Below are positions 23,735-35,470 of a stretch of 64,000 nt of DNA, piece by piece. Below the pieces are notes generated by a model. The model was given only the letters and a program-made list of their open reading frames with translations. It made no database searches and was not told the origin of the DNA. This DNA comes from Camelus dromedarius (Eukaryota). Both the position numbers and the translations under genes were made by a program. The stretch is taken from the NCBI RefSeq assembly GCF_036321535.1, contig NC_087468.1, positions 12,090,001 to 12,154,000 of the forward strand, in the 5' to 3' direction. Numbering within the stretch: position 1 is the stretch's first letter; the number at the start of each line of letters is the position of its first letter.

Positions 23735-24317
23735 CCCTGGACTGAGAGCTTCTCAAGGTTGGCACAGTATTTATTCCTTTTCCCACCTTAAGGGCTGCAC
23801 TCAGTAGTACAGATCGAATCACATCTGTTATTAAGAGGCTCACATGCTGGGTTGGCTTTTGTGCTGACAAAATACTGTCTAATATTCCCTGAAAATCTTT
23901 TTGTTCTGTTTTATCTCTTTGCTTGTGTGTTTAAACTTGGAAGTTAGATTAGCTTCCAGTGAATCATGCTAATAGGTGGGGGAGAATGGCAGCCCCTCCT
24001 AAACGGTAGATCATCCTGAATCCACTGAGGGTCGTCCGTGCAACAGGATAGAAATATCCGTCAACGGTTAGACTCGCTGTCACCCTTGGAGCCAGCCCTC
24101 TCCCGTTCCTAGTTTGGTTTTCATTGGAGACACACTGGAGGGTCCTGCCCTGTTGATAATCCACAAGGTGTGACAAGTAATTGGAAAGTGATTGATCATT
24201 TTTCCTTGACTGTCCCATTTCCAGTTTCCCTCTCTCTACCCCTGATCCCATTTTTAATCTGAAGAGGAAAAAGAAACAAAATCCAGAACATGAAAAAACA
24301 TCCAATTGCATGAAGAT

Positions 24318-24620
24318 TCATTTGTTTGTTCATTCAAGCAGAAAATCAATATTGAGTATTTACCATGACTAGATAAAGGTAAAAAGTATGCTGTGTCTGC
24401 CTCTGGTGAGTCTGTTGCAAATACTGTACAATTAGGGGCATAAAGGAAGTGTTTGATGTGCTGGGGCATGAGTGTATGTGCGTGTATCGGCGGGTAGGGT
24501 GTGCCAGGCTCCATAAGGTGGGCCCGAAGCAACTTCTGGAGGAGAAGAAGAGATTGGCAGGCAGAGGGCGGGTGGAGGACATGGCCAGTGTTGCTGGTGC
24601 AACTTCTAGAACCCCGTCCT
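24318..24620 (-). mobile_element. L2 3' end
   Basis: ttcatttgtttgttcattcaagc...tattgagtatttaccatg (reverse of the L2 terminus). Confidence 0.55.
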
Positions 24621-25679
24621 GTCTGTGGCTCTCTGTGATGGTCCAGGTTAGAGGCTCAGTGGGTCCTCATGGAGGAAGCAGGACATGATAGTTTTATACC
24701 AGGTGGACACAGGGATTCCAACTCAGGCCCCTGACTCCCAACAGAAGACGTGTTTCCCACAGCGCGTCACCAGTGCCACGGCGGGTCCTGGGGCTGACTC
24801 CACGAGGCTTATGGTCTTGCTCCAGCCCCAGCCCCAACCCCTGGGGAGGGGTGTTTGTTTGCAGGTCACTGCTGGAGATACAGCCTGGTGGGAGAGCAAT
24901 TAAATAACATTTGGGCTGGAAGGGCAGGCAATGCGGATGGAAAGCTTCCTTTTAAACATTTTTACTTAAGTGAAAACTGAGTCGATTTATGGAAGTATGT
25001 TAAGGAGACTTCAGGTGGTGTGTTGATATGATGGAAGCCATTGAGCGCTGTCCATGAGTCAGAAGTCCAGAAAAGCCCACTTGATCCTGGGGAGAGGTGG
25101 CACCTTGCCAAGTGACCCAGGACGGACGAGGCTTTTCTGAGTTTTTATTTCATCCCTTGAGAAAGGGAGGGAGACAATGGCCCCCGTCCCTCTGGGGCAG
25201 GACTAAGCATTCAGAGACCACTGCTCTGGCTCAGCCTGTCCCCTCCCCTCCATCTCTCAGATGGCAGGAGTTGGGGCCAGGGACGGGGGAAGCTACCATC
25301 CTGTGCTCCAAGACACTTTCCCAGTTGAGACAGTTGATCAACCCCAAGGGGCCTGATTGGTTTGGAAGGAAACCTTTTAGGATCTTCTTTTTAATCACGT
25401 GTCTTCTGTGATGAAAGTAGATGGGGGTGGGGAGAAACGTTAGGTGTTGGAGATGTCTGCTCATAAAAAAGGAAATTTTACTGTTTCTTTTTTCATACTT
25501 GTTACTTTTTTTTTTTGTATACTTGAAAGCAACGGTAAAAGAAAAAAAAACAAACAAACAGTGATTCTGCCAGTTGCCACCAGTTAACCTTGACCTTAAA
25601 ACCAGTCATGATGTGGATGAAATGGCAGCGTGCTTTGCTTTAGATGTTGCAGGCTTCCCCCTTTTAGTCTCTTAGTCTC

Positions 25680-25775
25680 TAAGATGGGCATTACTGATTC
25701 TGTTTTATAGGTAAGTGTGTTAATGCTCAGAGAGGTTGAGGAATTTGTCCAAGGCTGCACAGCTAATTAATGAAG
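25680..25775. mobile_element. MIR fragment
   Basis: gctcagagaggttgaggaatttgtccaaggctgcacagcta. Confidence 0.65.
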
Positions 25776-25931
25776 ACCATGCTTTTCCAAGTATATTAGG
25801 AGCCCCCATTAACCTGCGCAGAGCTGTGAATATGAGATGCCATTTGAGAAAATGCTCCAAACAAATCAAAGAGCAACTTTATAGGAGAAGATACAAGGAA
25901 GGGCCCGATTTGCTGTCAGAGAAATAAAATA

Positions 25932-26198
25932 CAGTNNNNNNNNNNNNNNNNNNNNNNNNNNNNNNNNNNNNNNNNNNNNNNNNNNNNNNNNNNNNNNNNN
26001 NNNNNNNNNNNNNNNNNNNNNNNNNNNNNNNNNNNNNNNNNNNNNNNNNNNNNNNNNNNNNNNNNNNNNNNNNNNNNNNNNNNNNNNNNNNNNNNNNNTT
26101 CAAGTTTTGCTTTTGGGAATTTTCTGGAATTTTTTTTTTTTAATTTGTACTTGGTTGAATCTGCAGATGTGGAACTTGCAGATTTGGAGAGCTGACTG
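25932..26198. mobile_element. Tigger/MER2-family TcMar DNA transposon spanning an N gap
   Basis: TA|cagt at left. Right end ttggttgaatctgcagatgtggaacttgcagatttggagagctgactg|TA (TA TSD). Confidence 0.65.
25936..26098. other. Assembly gap (163 N)
   Basis: N run. Confidence 1.
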
Positions 26199-26399
26199 TA
26201 AACAGTGTGTGCTGTGAAATAAGAAGATCTTGTGTGCTAAGGGGATATACAATGTAAATCTCAACTCTTGCTTGGAATAACAACTGTGCTGGCTTTACTA
26301 AGACTCAGATGATTTCGCTAAGGCTATCTGATAATTCTCTCTGTGCATCAGAGTCTTCTTTATCCATTCTTGCCTTTTTTCACTGAACAGTTATTTTGT

Positions 26400-26930
26400 A
26401 TCAAGCAGGATGCCTTTAGCTATGAGTAACAGGAAACCCTGGCTGAACTGTTTTAAGTGGTAAGTGGGTTGTTTTCTCGCTTAATGATTCCTGACGTGAG
26501 GCAGTTTCAGGGTGGTTATTTCAGTAGCGCATGACATCCTCAAGGACCAGGGTTGCTTTGATCTTTCTTCTCTGCAACCCTCAGCATATTGGTTTTGTCT
26601 TTGGCTGACTCCCTCATGGTCACAAAATGGCTGCTGAGGTTCTTGCTGTCACATGCAGATACAACAACATTTTGCAGAAGAATGTCTATATGTCATTTTG
26701 TAGCAGCATGGAAACTTTTTCCCCCAGAAACCCTTCAAGAAACTTCCCTTCATCTCTCTTTGGCCAGATAAACCACCTGTCTCTTCCTAAATCCCCATCA
26801 CTGAAAAGGGAAATTGGTTTGGTGAAGTACAGTGACTCCATGGAGGATGAGGGATGACATCAACAAAATTGGGACTCTATTACTGAGGAGGGAGCGAAGA
26901 GGAGTCAGACCAACAACTGGAAATATTACT
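26400..26930. mobile_element. ERVL/MaLR-type LTR (LTR33-like)
   Basis: aggatgcctttagctatgagtaacaggaaaccc...catggtcacaaaatggctgctgagg...cttcatctctctttggccaga. Confidence 0.55.
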
Positions 26931-26944
26931 ACCTATTTCAAATG

Positions 26945-27115
26945 TATTTTTATTATGGCAGATTTCAAATACAACGGGGATAGCAAAGGGGAGTCCCAAT
27001 TACTCTTCTCCTGGTTTCTGCAGTTACCAACATTTTGACAATTCTGGTTCATCTCTATCCTGCCCTCTGTCTTCTGTTGGAGTATTTTAAAAGGAATCCC
27101 AGATACATCATTTAA
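26945..27115 (-). mobile_element. L1ME-type 3' fragment
   Basis: tttattatggcagatttcaaatac...gagtattttaaaaggaatcccagatacatcattt. Confidence 0.5.
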
Positions 27116-30100
27116 AAAAAATGTGCTCTGTATATACATTGAGTGCCTTCTATATGCCTCGTCACTCACCCAAAGAGAAAAGCTGTTTCAAGGGACAAGA
27201 GCTTAGTGAAGACTGACCTGGGATTAACTACTTTTTGCTCAGGAGAAAAGACTACATTCCCTGAAACAAAGGAACATGCCATGTCCAGGGCTCAGGGTTT
27301 CCTCCCACGCTTTTGTTCTGGCTGCATCTGGAGTCCTTGGGATGCTAGGGAACAGGTGTCCTGGGAGGGTCGGGGAAGGGGGGCCGGGGGTTGGGGTCCT
27401 CCCTGCCCCACCCCCAGGTCAGGCAGGGAAGGTGAGTGGAAGTTCGGCGTCTCATGTGTCATTTCCACTCTCCGGCGGATGAGGTGAATGCTTTCTAAGA
27501 GTGGGTTCTGGTCTGGGGGCACCTGTTTCTGCGTGTTAATAGATTTCTGGGGTAAGACAGAGCTGGATGATGTCAGCTGCAGGTGCGTGAGCCTGTGGTG
27601 GCGGTCTGCCGCTTGCCATTTGTTTCCCTAGGCGTTTCGAGCCACATCTGTCCTCAGCTGTGAGGGTGTATTCACCAGCAGGCTGAAGAAAGAGATGTTT
27701 TTAACCAGAACAGAAAGTCAGATGTCACCAGTTGACTCTGGGCTGGGTTGTAAACACATGTACTTTCCTTCTGACTTGAGCTGATTTCATTTAGGTATGA
27801 AACAAAAGACTTTTTTTTTTCTTTCAAATATCACAGTGGCCGTAAGAGTACATTTCCACGTACCATTTTCTGCGTTTCCCTGAGCCCACCTGTTTCATTA
27901 CAAGTTTAAAAGACCCCCTCTTCCTCTGGGTGTGTGAAACAGGAAGCCTGCCTTCTTACTTTCCTCCAGTTTTTAAACATTTGCTCCTTTGACGAGCATT
28001 CACATGCCTCACGAGGGGTAGTACCTTTGTATAGAACATAAAAAGCAATTCGCCATTTCGCTAAACACGTTCCTCATTTCTACAGGACAATTAAAGGTCA
28101 GATGGCAAAGCTGAACCGGTTATAGCTCTGTGTTCAGGCCGTGCTCAACCTGAGCTGATTTTATCTACCTGGGTTTTTGCAAAATGTTAGTGTTTGCACA
28201 GTGAGTTTAAAAACAGAAGTCTTTTGCATAACTGTATTTGAAAAATCTAAAAGCAGGAAAAAGAAAGAGTGTGGAATAATGATGTGAAATGATGCCATTT
28301 GACTCAGTGTTTTGCTAGCCCGGATGGCTTTTGGAGCAGTTCGTCTTTTCTTAGCGGAGCTTTCTAGAATGTGCGTGTTGTGGTCGGGTGCCCTTTGTTT
28401 GGTGCACTGTGCATTTCGGTGCTATGTGAGAATCCATTCGACCCCGATACGTTTTATTTGACATGCACAGCTGGGTCGCTGGAGCATAGTCCAGGCCATT
28501 AAAAAGAATGCAAAAGAAAACACAGACAACCTATTCATCAGAACTCTGTGAAAGGGCGACTCACTGGGGCAGCCTCTGGCGGGAGTGCACCTGGGGGAGA
28601 GGGAGGGGGAGGACCAGGTGGGTGCCCAGGGCGAGAGGCACAGGAAACGCAGCTGCCGTTGACCTCTGACGCGTCCCGTGGCCAGGGGCTTGGCCAAAGG
28701 TGAAACCTGATTGCACTTCCAACATGTGGAATCTTATTTTAGGGTGCTCTGCACACAGGAGGGTTGATCGGCTGGACTGAACTCTTATTTGCTGAGGGGG
28801 GTAGGTCTCCCCAGGCACCCCTCAGTCTCACCAAAGAGGGAAGAGCTAAGGCAGCTTCTGGAATCCTTGGAAAACCTTTCTTCAGCCACAAGGATGTTCC
28901 AGTGACCTCAGCCCAATTCGTATAACCTGCCTAGCCTCCAAGCCGTCTTCTTCCTGCTTCCTACGTGTGAATTAGCAGCCCTGGTTGTGCATCTGTGCTT
29001 TTATCCAGGATAGCATGTTTTCCACTTGTGTGTATATGTGTGAGGTTGTTACCTGGGCAACCATTTTGTAATCCCGTGTAAGGCTTCAGGAAGGTCCCTC
29101 ACCACCTCTGCTTTGGTGAGAGGCTGGGATGTCTTATATCACCTTGGTCATTCAGGCCCTTTCAAGAGAGGCCACTCTGAGCCTGGCCTGGGCTGAGATG
29201 TGGCTTGCTGTCCCCAGCTGGCTTACAGTGTGCAATTAACTCAAGACCGTGGACCTTGTGCAGAGGATGGGATGCTGGGGGTACCTATGAGCCTTCCTCC
29301 CTGGCCAGAGCTCCACACAGCTCTGCACTGTAGAGATCAGGGGCTTTGGAAACACAGAAGGACACACTTGACTTCAAGTCTGTCTCCTCCACTCTAGAGC
29401 TGGGTGATTCTGTGCAAGGCAGGCACTTCTCAGAGAGCCTGGCACAGAGCACCCAGGACAGCGGGGCTCATCCTCATCCTGGGGACCACAGATGGGGCTG
29501 CTTGATTAAACTGTCCCGCTTTATCCATGGGTTCCCCTCTTCTCCCAGGTGGGAGTGATTCTGGAAATGAGCATCACTCAATCAAACCAAAGTCGACAGT
29601 AAATCCTACAAGGGCTTCTACAAGTAACCAGGTGTTTGGTCTCGTTTTGGAAATAAGTTTATTTCAATGTCGGTTTTTGCAAAGTGTGCACACCTCCAAA
29701 CCCAAACCCGGCTCCAGACTCATGTGTTTTTGCCTGAGTTGCATTTTTGCAAACCATTTGCTTCCTTTTTGGTTGCTTATAAGAGCTCGGTGAAATCCTA
29801 CAGCACAGGAAGACAACAAACAACAAAAACAGGACCCAAACACCTTTGCCCAGGACTCATGTCCTTGACGAACGTAGCTCGACAAGAATGACTTAAAAAC
29901 AACCACCAGAACCCAAACCTCTGAAAACACACGTGGCTTTTCCCCTTGGGGCAGTGATTTCGGGTGTCCGTTTGGTTAGCTGACCTCTGGGAGAGGCCAG
30001 AATGAAGCGCCTCCCTGATGACTTTTGAGGCTTTTTTGATTCCCTGCCCACCCCTCCGCGCCCACTTCCCCCTTGCATACGTCCTGCTCCTTGACCTGGA

Positions 30101-31614
30101 ACAGGGACACTCAAAATCTAACCCTGGCTACAGTATTCAATTGTAAACTTTGAAATCTGCACAGGGTAACGGATGGGAATTTCCAAACAGGGGGAGCTTT
30201 TGCTCTTACAAAGACAGAACAAAAGCTCTCTGTCTTTTGGAGGTCACTAATCCCGAGTTTGCGCCTTATTGTCACCACGTAACGTCTGAAACACTTGGAA
30301 TTATTTCCAATTAGTGGGTTTAAGTGGATCTTGCTCTCTGAGCCGTCGACCCCTCGGTGTTTGTTTAGCAGGATTTTCTCACCGGTCTTCACCTTGCTGC
30401 ACATTGTTTCGCTGTCAGGGGGTCTGAACTGCGCCGGGTGACCCCCGGCAGAAGTGTCCGTGTCGTGAGACTCGGGGAGCTGTTGTGAATTTCGTGATGA
30501 CAGATGGCAGAGGCATAAAAGGCGCTTCCCCGGGCTTTGTGAAGGGGATTTGGGTTCTCGGCATCTTTTCTCTCTCTCTCCATTCTGGAGGCGTGTCTGG
30601 CATTGCCGGCAGGGCTGCAATGTGGCCCATTTAGAGTAGTTAGGCCTGGAGGCTGGGAGCACTGGCATGGCGCGCACACCAGCTCCAGGGCACGGGCGTC
30701 CCTCCCGGGCCCCCCTGGACCAGCCTCAGCAGACCCCAAGATCTTGGCCACTTGCTCTGTTGGAAAAGCAGACTCTTTTCTGGAAAAGCAGGCTCTTTCC
30801 TGGAAGCTCGGCACCCTGGAATGCGGAGGTGTCATTCGGACAGGAATTTCACCTGATTTCTGGAGACTGGACCAGAGCGATGGAGAAGGAGAGCATAAAG
30901 GGAGCCTCAGGTTCTGCTGCTGAAACGGGCATTTACAACAGCCGTTCTCCCGGCTCTGGCTGACACTTAGAGGCTGATGCTGAGGCCATTCCCAGAGGCA
31001 GGGAGAAACCCAGAGGGGCACAAAAAGAAGGTGTGACAGTTTTAAAATGAGTGCAAACTACAAAATCCTGAGCTTGGCCCTCATGACTCACCGCTTGGCA
31101 TGGCTTTGTGGCCTCCCTCCAGCACCTGATGGAGACCAGGCGCTGCTCGGCGCAGAGTGAAACCCGCCCCCCCACCCCAGGCTTCCAGAAGAGTCGCCAC
31201 TGTGCAGGGGCTGTGGCCGGCTGCTCGCCAGCCTGGAAGGGCAAGTAGCTCTCTGTTGTCAATATTTACGCATCAGTAGAAATTCTGGATTTCCGGCTTC
31301 TTTGGAAAACTGGGCAACCCAGCAGCACCCTGGCCCCTCTCCCGCACAGCAGCCACCAGCTGGAGCCTTATAGCAGATTTTGTCCTCTGTGGACTCACAC
31401 TCACTAGTTTTTTTTTTCCTTCTTAACATCCAGCAAACCATACTCACTTCCCCGACTCACCCGTAGGCATTTGCGAATCTCTCATTGGTTCTAATCCCTT
31501 CGGAGAAACTGAAAGGTGAATATGTAACAAGAACATTGAGAATCTGTCCGGATAGAAGAATCCAAGATGCAGAAAACATTCCATGCCACAAAGAGGTTTT
31601 CTCTCCATTGTTCA

Positions 31615-32010
31615 TGATGTACACAATGGGAACCAACATAGCCATGGGAACCGGTAACTGAATTGTGATGCGTTCCTGCAACGGAATATTATACGGGTGT
31701 GAAAGTAATGCTCAGGCAGAGGCTTTAATAACACAGAAAGATGCTCATGATATAATGTTGGGTTAAAATAAAAAGCTTGACACCAAGTGTATCTGAGGAT
31801 ACCCAGTTACCCTCCCAAAGGTAAAAAGCCATGTCAATATGCATAAAATAAGACTGCAGAGAAATCTGACAAAATACCAACAAGGCTTGCTTTTGGCAAT
31901 GAAACTATCCATGCTTATTTCCTCTTTATTTTATTCTGGGCTTTCCACACGTTCTGCGGTGAATGTGCATACATTTTATATGTGGACCAAAGCAGTCAAA
32001 AATAAAGAAG
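31615..32010 (+). mobile_element. L1ME-type 3' fragment
   Basis: acggaatattatacgggtgtgaaagtaatg...agatgctcatgatataatgttgggttaaaataaaaag...tgtgcatacattttata. Confidence 0.5.
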
Positions 32011-33742
32011 AAACAGAAGCCTGGAAGATGAAGGATTGTCTCTGAGTCTCCCAGCTGGTTGGTGACAGGGCAGAACCAAAAGCCACGTTTCCCAGTCCTG
32101 AGATGGATGAGGACTCATCCCTCCCCGAGGGTCAGGGTGACCCCGGCTCTGCACCCAGCATGCACGGCCCCAGGGTTCTCACCCAGAAGCCCTGCGCCTT
32201 ATGTGGATCTGCTTGTCTGTCTGGAGCAGGGGCACGTACTTTTAGGTCTTTTGTTTTGCCTTCAGTTCCACTGTAATGAGCAACATTTAGGGACCAGACA
32301 GCTCTGTCCCTTGAGTAGAAGTCAGAGCTAATGTAGGTGTCACTCCAGGCGATGCTCGCTTCACAATTTGTGTGACTTGTGGGTGTGTTTTCTTGGGGGT
32401 GCACCTAGGCTGGATCTCCTCCGGTTTCTGTTACTCCTCCCTCTCCTTCTGCTGCTTCTTTGTTAGGGAGGACAAGTCCGAACAACTCAGATCCCTTCAC
32501 TGGGGCAGGGAAGTGACTCTGTACTCGGAGGAGCCCCCAGTGCACCCCTTGAACTTTGCACCAAAAATTACAGGCACTTTAGCAAGTGCTTTGAGATCCA
32601 GAGAACTGAGTCTCCCTCCTGACCCCGGTTGCCAACTGCTCTGGTGACCTTGGTCAAATCTGTCCTTTCCCAAATCATCTCCCACAATGAGGATATTTTC
32701 TGTTGAACGACTTTCTCTAGAGCATGTGGGAGAGGTCTGATGGGCGACCGTAAAGGTTTCCCCAGTTCCCAAGGAGGAGGAGTCCCCAGAACTGAACCTT
32801 GCAAGGGAGTCATCACCTCTCAAGGGCAGATTCACATTCCACCACGTTCACGGGGACCCAAAGCTATTCATTCCTCTACAGCCAGAAATGCAGCTGTCCA
32901 GGGGGCCAGAAGGCTCGAGGCAGACCCACGGGAACATTCTGGCTCTGTAGGCATGTCCCTGGGAGGTTACGTTCTCCTTCAGGCTGGCCATATTGCGGGG
33001 TGCTCAGACGTGCCCCCCAGGCGTCTTCCCGCTCTGCTGACTCCTCATTTTATTCCTTCAGATTGCTCTGTGGTGGAAGATTTCTATTTTTCCAGGCTTC
33101 TGAAAAGACTCCTACGATCAGGGCCTTCAGGAGCATTTCTGGTTGCTGGGAAAATGAACACAAACTGGAAATAAAGGAATTCGCATCCGAAAACCTAAGT
33201 TTGCCTGTTGAAAAAAAATGAATTAATTATGCGTTTCCAGTTGTAAGCACTGAAGGAAGGGCCGGGGCAGCTTGGCCTGGGCCCCTGCCCCCTGGCTGGC
33301 CAGGGGTCCGAGCAGGACGGCGCCCAGGGCGGGGTGGGGATCGGGTTGCCTTCTCAGATTTGCATCTGAAGCCCTTTCATTTTGACTTTGCCTTAACTTT
33401 GCATCTCTAGCTCGTTGAACTCTGGCCTGATTTCACATTCTGAAACTAAGCCTGTTTCTCAATTCTGTGAAGAAAAGGATGTTTCAGAGGAGTGATGACT
33501 CACCTTTTACTTTGAGCCGAGTGAGACGGATTCAGTCTAAGAGGTGCTGAAGGGCTGAGCACTTGCTGTATTTCAGGATGATGATACCTGTTTTTAAATG
33601 CATCTTTAATTACTCACGTGATACACGGAGCACACTCTTGCAAAATTCAGAGTCCTCCTTGTGCCCCTCCCCCACATTCCGGGCCTCAAGGTCACCACTG
33701 TTAGCAATTTGATGTGGCTCTTTCCAGATGATTTGTATGCAT

Positions 33743-33744
<2 letters not shown>

Positions 33745-33786
<42 letters not shown>
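33745..33786 (+). repeat. (GT)21 microsatellite
   Basis: Uninterrupted gt run of 42 nt. Confidence 0.95.
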
Positions 33787-33789
<3 letters not shown>

Positions 33790-35289
33790 GAGAGAGAGAA
33801 ATATACAGTTTTTTTGTTCATTTTTTTTAGGTTTTATTGTATGAATTCATCATATATTCACAAGAGGCCTAAATGTTGACGCAGGATCGTAGTTTACATC
33901 AGCTGCCATAATTTTTGCCATTTCTTCAGGAGTCGAAGTGTTTCACTGACTTGCAGCCTCCGTGGAAGTGATATTAAATGACCCCAGCTGCCCTCTGAGC
34001 TGCAGGTTTTATCTTCTTGTTTGCAGTAGGGTGTCTGATAGGAACTGCTCTAGCTCATCCATCCGTGGGCGATGTTCTTACAGTTTTATTGATGCGTGTT
34101 GTGTATTTTTGCAGATAAATGAAAGCATAATTTGAACACTGTTGTACAACTTTTTTTTTTTCCCCGTGGAGCATTCCAAATCATTACATAAGGACCTGCC
34201 TTAGTTTTTGGACTGCAGACGCTTGTTCTGTGGTAGGTTTGGTTAACCTGCCCTCTCTTGATGGAAAATGATCGTATTTCTCGGTGTACCTAGGGGAAGC
34301 TCTGTTTCGGTGACAAAATGAAATCACTTTTCCCCCCTCCCTGGAGTGGTAGCTACTATTTAAAAAAAAGAAGAAACTAAAGGAGGAACCCATCACTAGG
34401 AGAGGAGAGGTGGCCAGGCTCGTCCATCGACAGAGGGTGCGTGGCGGCACATGGGGCCTGATCTGTGGTCAGCAGGCCGTGGGGCCTCAGCACAGCGGGG
34501 TCGTGCAGTGGTCGCGGGGTGAGCCAGGGTTGGAGGGGCAGCACTGATCCAGGGGGTCCAGCCACCGGGAGGCAGAGCTGAGGCTTGCCTGGGGTGGTGG
34601 GAGCAGAAGTGACAGTCTTGAAGGTGAGGTGCCAGAGGTCTGTCTCTTTACTCACTCACTCAGCATAAATGATGTCCCAGACATGTGCAGGGCGATGGGA
34701 AACCCGTGGTGTCTGAGGTCAGGATTCCGTCCTCCCACCTGGTCTGGGAGGAAGGTGTGCACGGTTGTGGTGCAGGAAGGGCTGCCCAAGGTGTCAGACG
34801 TTGGTCGGGCCTTGAAGGCTGAGCATCGTAGAGAGAGTTTCTAATTTAAGCTTATTTTCAAAGTTTGAATTCTCCTGGCTGCCCTCTCTGGCTTCCCCAA
34901 GTCCTCCAGGGACTGGAGCCTTTTCTCTGGGGCTGAGGGGGTACCGACTCCTGGTTCAAGGTCGGTTGATCCGCCTCCTCCCTCTGGGGAAAGAAGCCAG
35001 CCATCACCAGGACAAGCAACACGCTGATTTCCTTTGACACGAGTGCTATTCTCTGTTGACGCAGTGCCTCCTCGAAGGAGTCTCACTTCTGTGGGTTTTC
35101 ACATCACCCCCAGCCGGCCTGGTCTCGGCTTTCCACTCTCTCCTCTGGCACGCATCTGATTCACTTGTCTCACCATTGCTCCTGCTGGCATTTCCTACCC
35201 ACACTGCCTGCAGGCAGAGCTGCTGTGTTTCCCAAAGTGGTCCCTCGGGCACAACCATCTAAGAACGTGGAAGTGACAGAGTGACCGTG

Positions 35290-35470
35290 GCAGCCAGTGT
35301 TCACTGAGCACTCACCCTGGCCCAGTGATACGCTAAGCACTTTCCCTGTGTTATTTATTTTTTGTCACTGCAGCAACTCTGGGGGTATGTACTACTTGAC
35401 CCATTTCGTAGTTGAGGTGATGGAGGCACAGAGAGGGTAGGCAACTTGGCTGAGGTCACACAGCAAGGGA
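35290..35470. mobile_element. MIR
   Basis: cactgagcactcaccctggcc...ctaagcactttccctgtgttatt...ggaggcacagagagggtaggcaacttggctgaggtcacacagc. Confidence 0.7.

Noticed and set aside
27781-27800. Additional AG|GT motif (tttcatttag|gtatga)
   Set aside because: Short pyrimidine tract and weaker than the two reported sites; within chance expectation.
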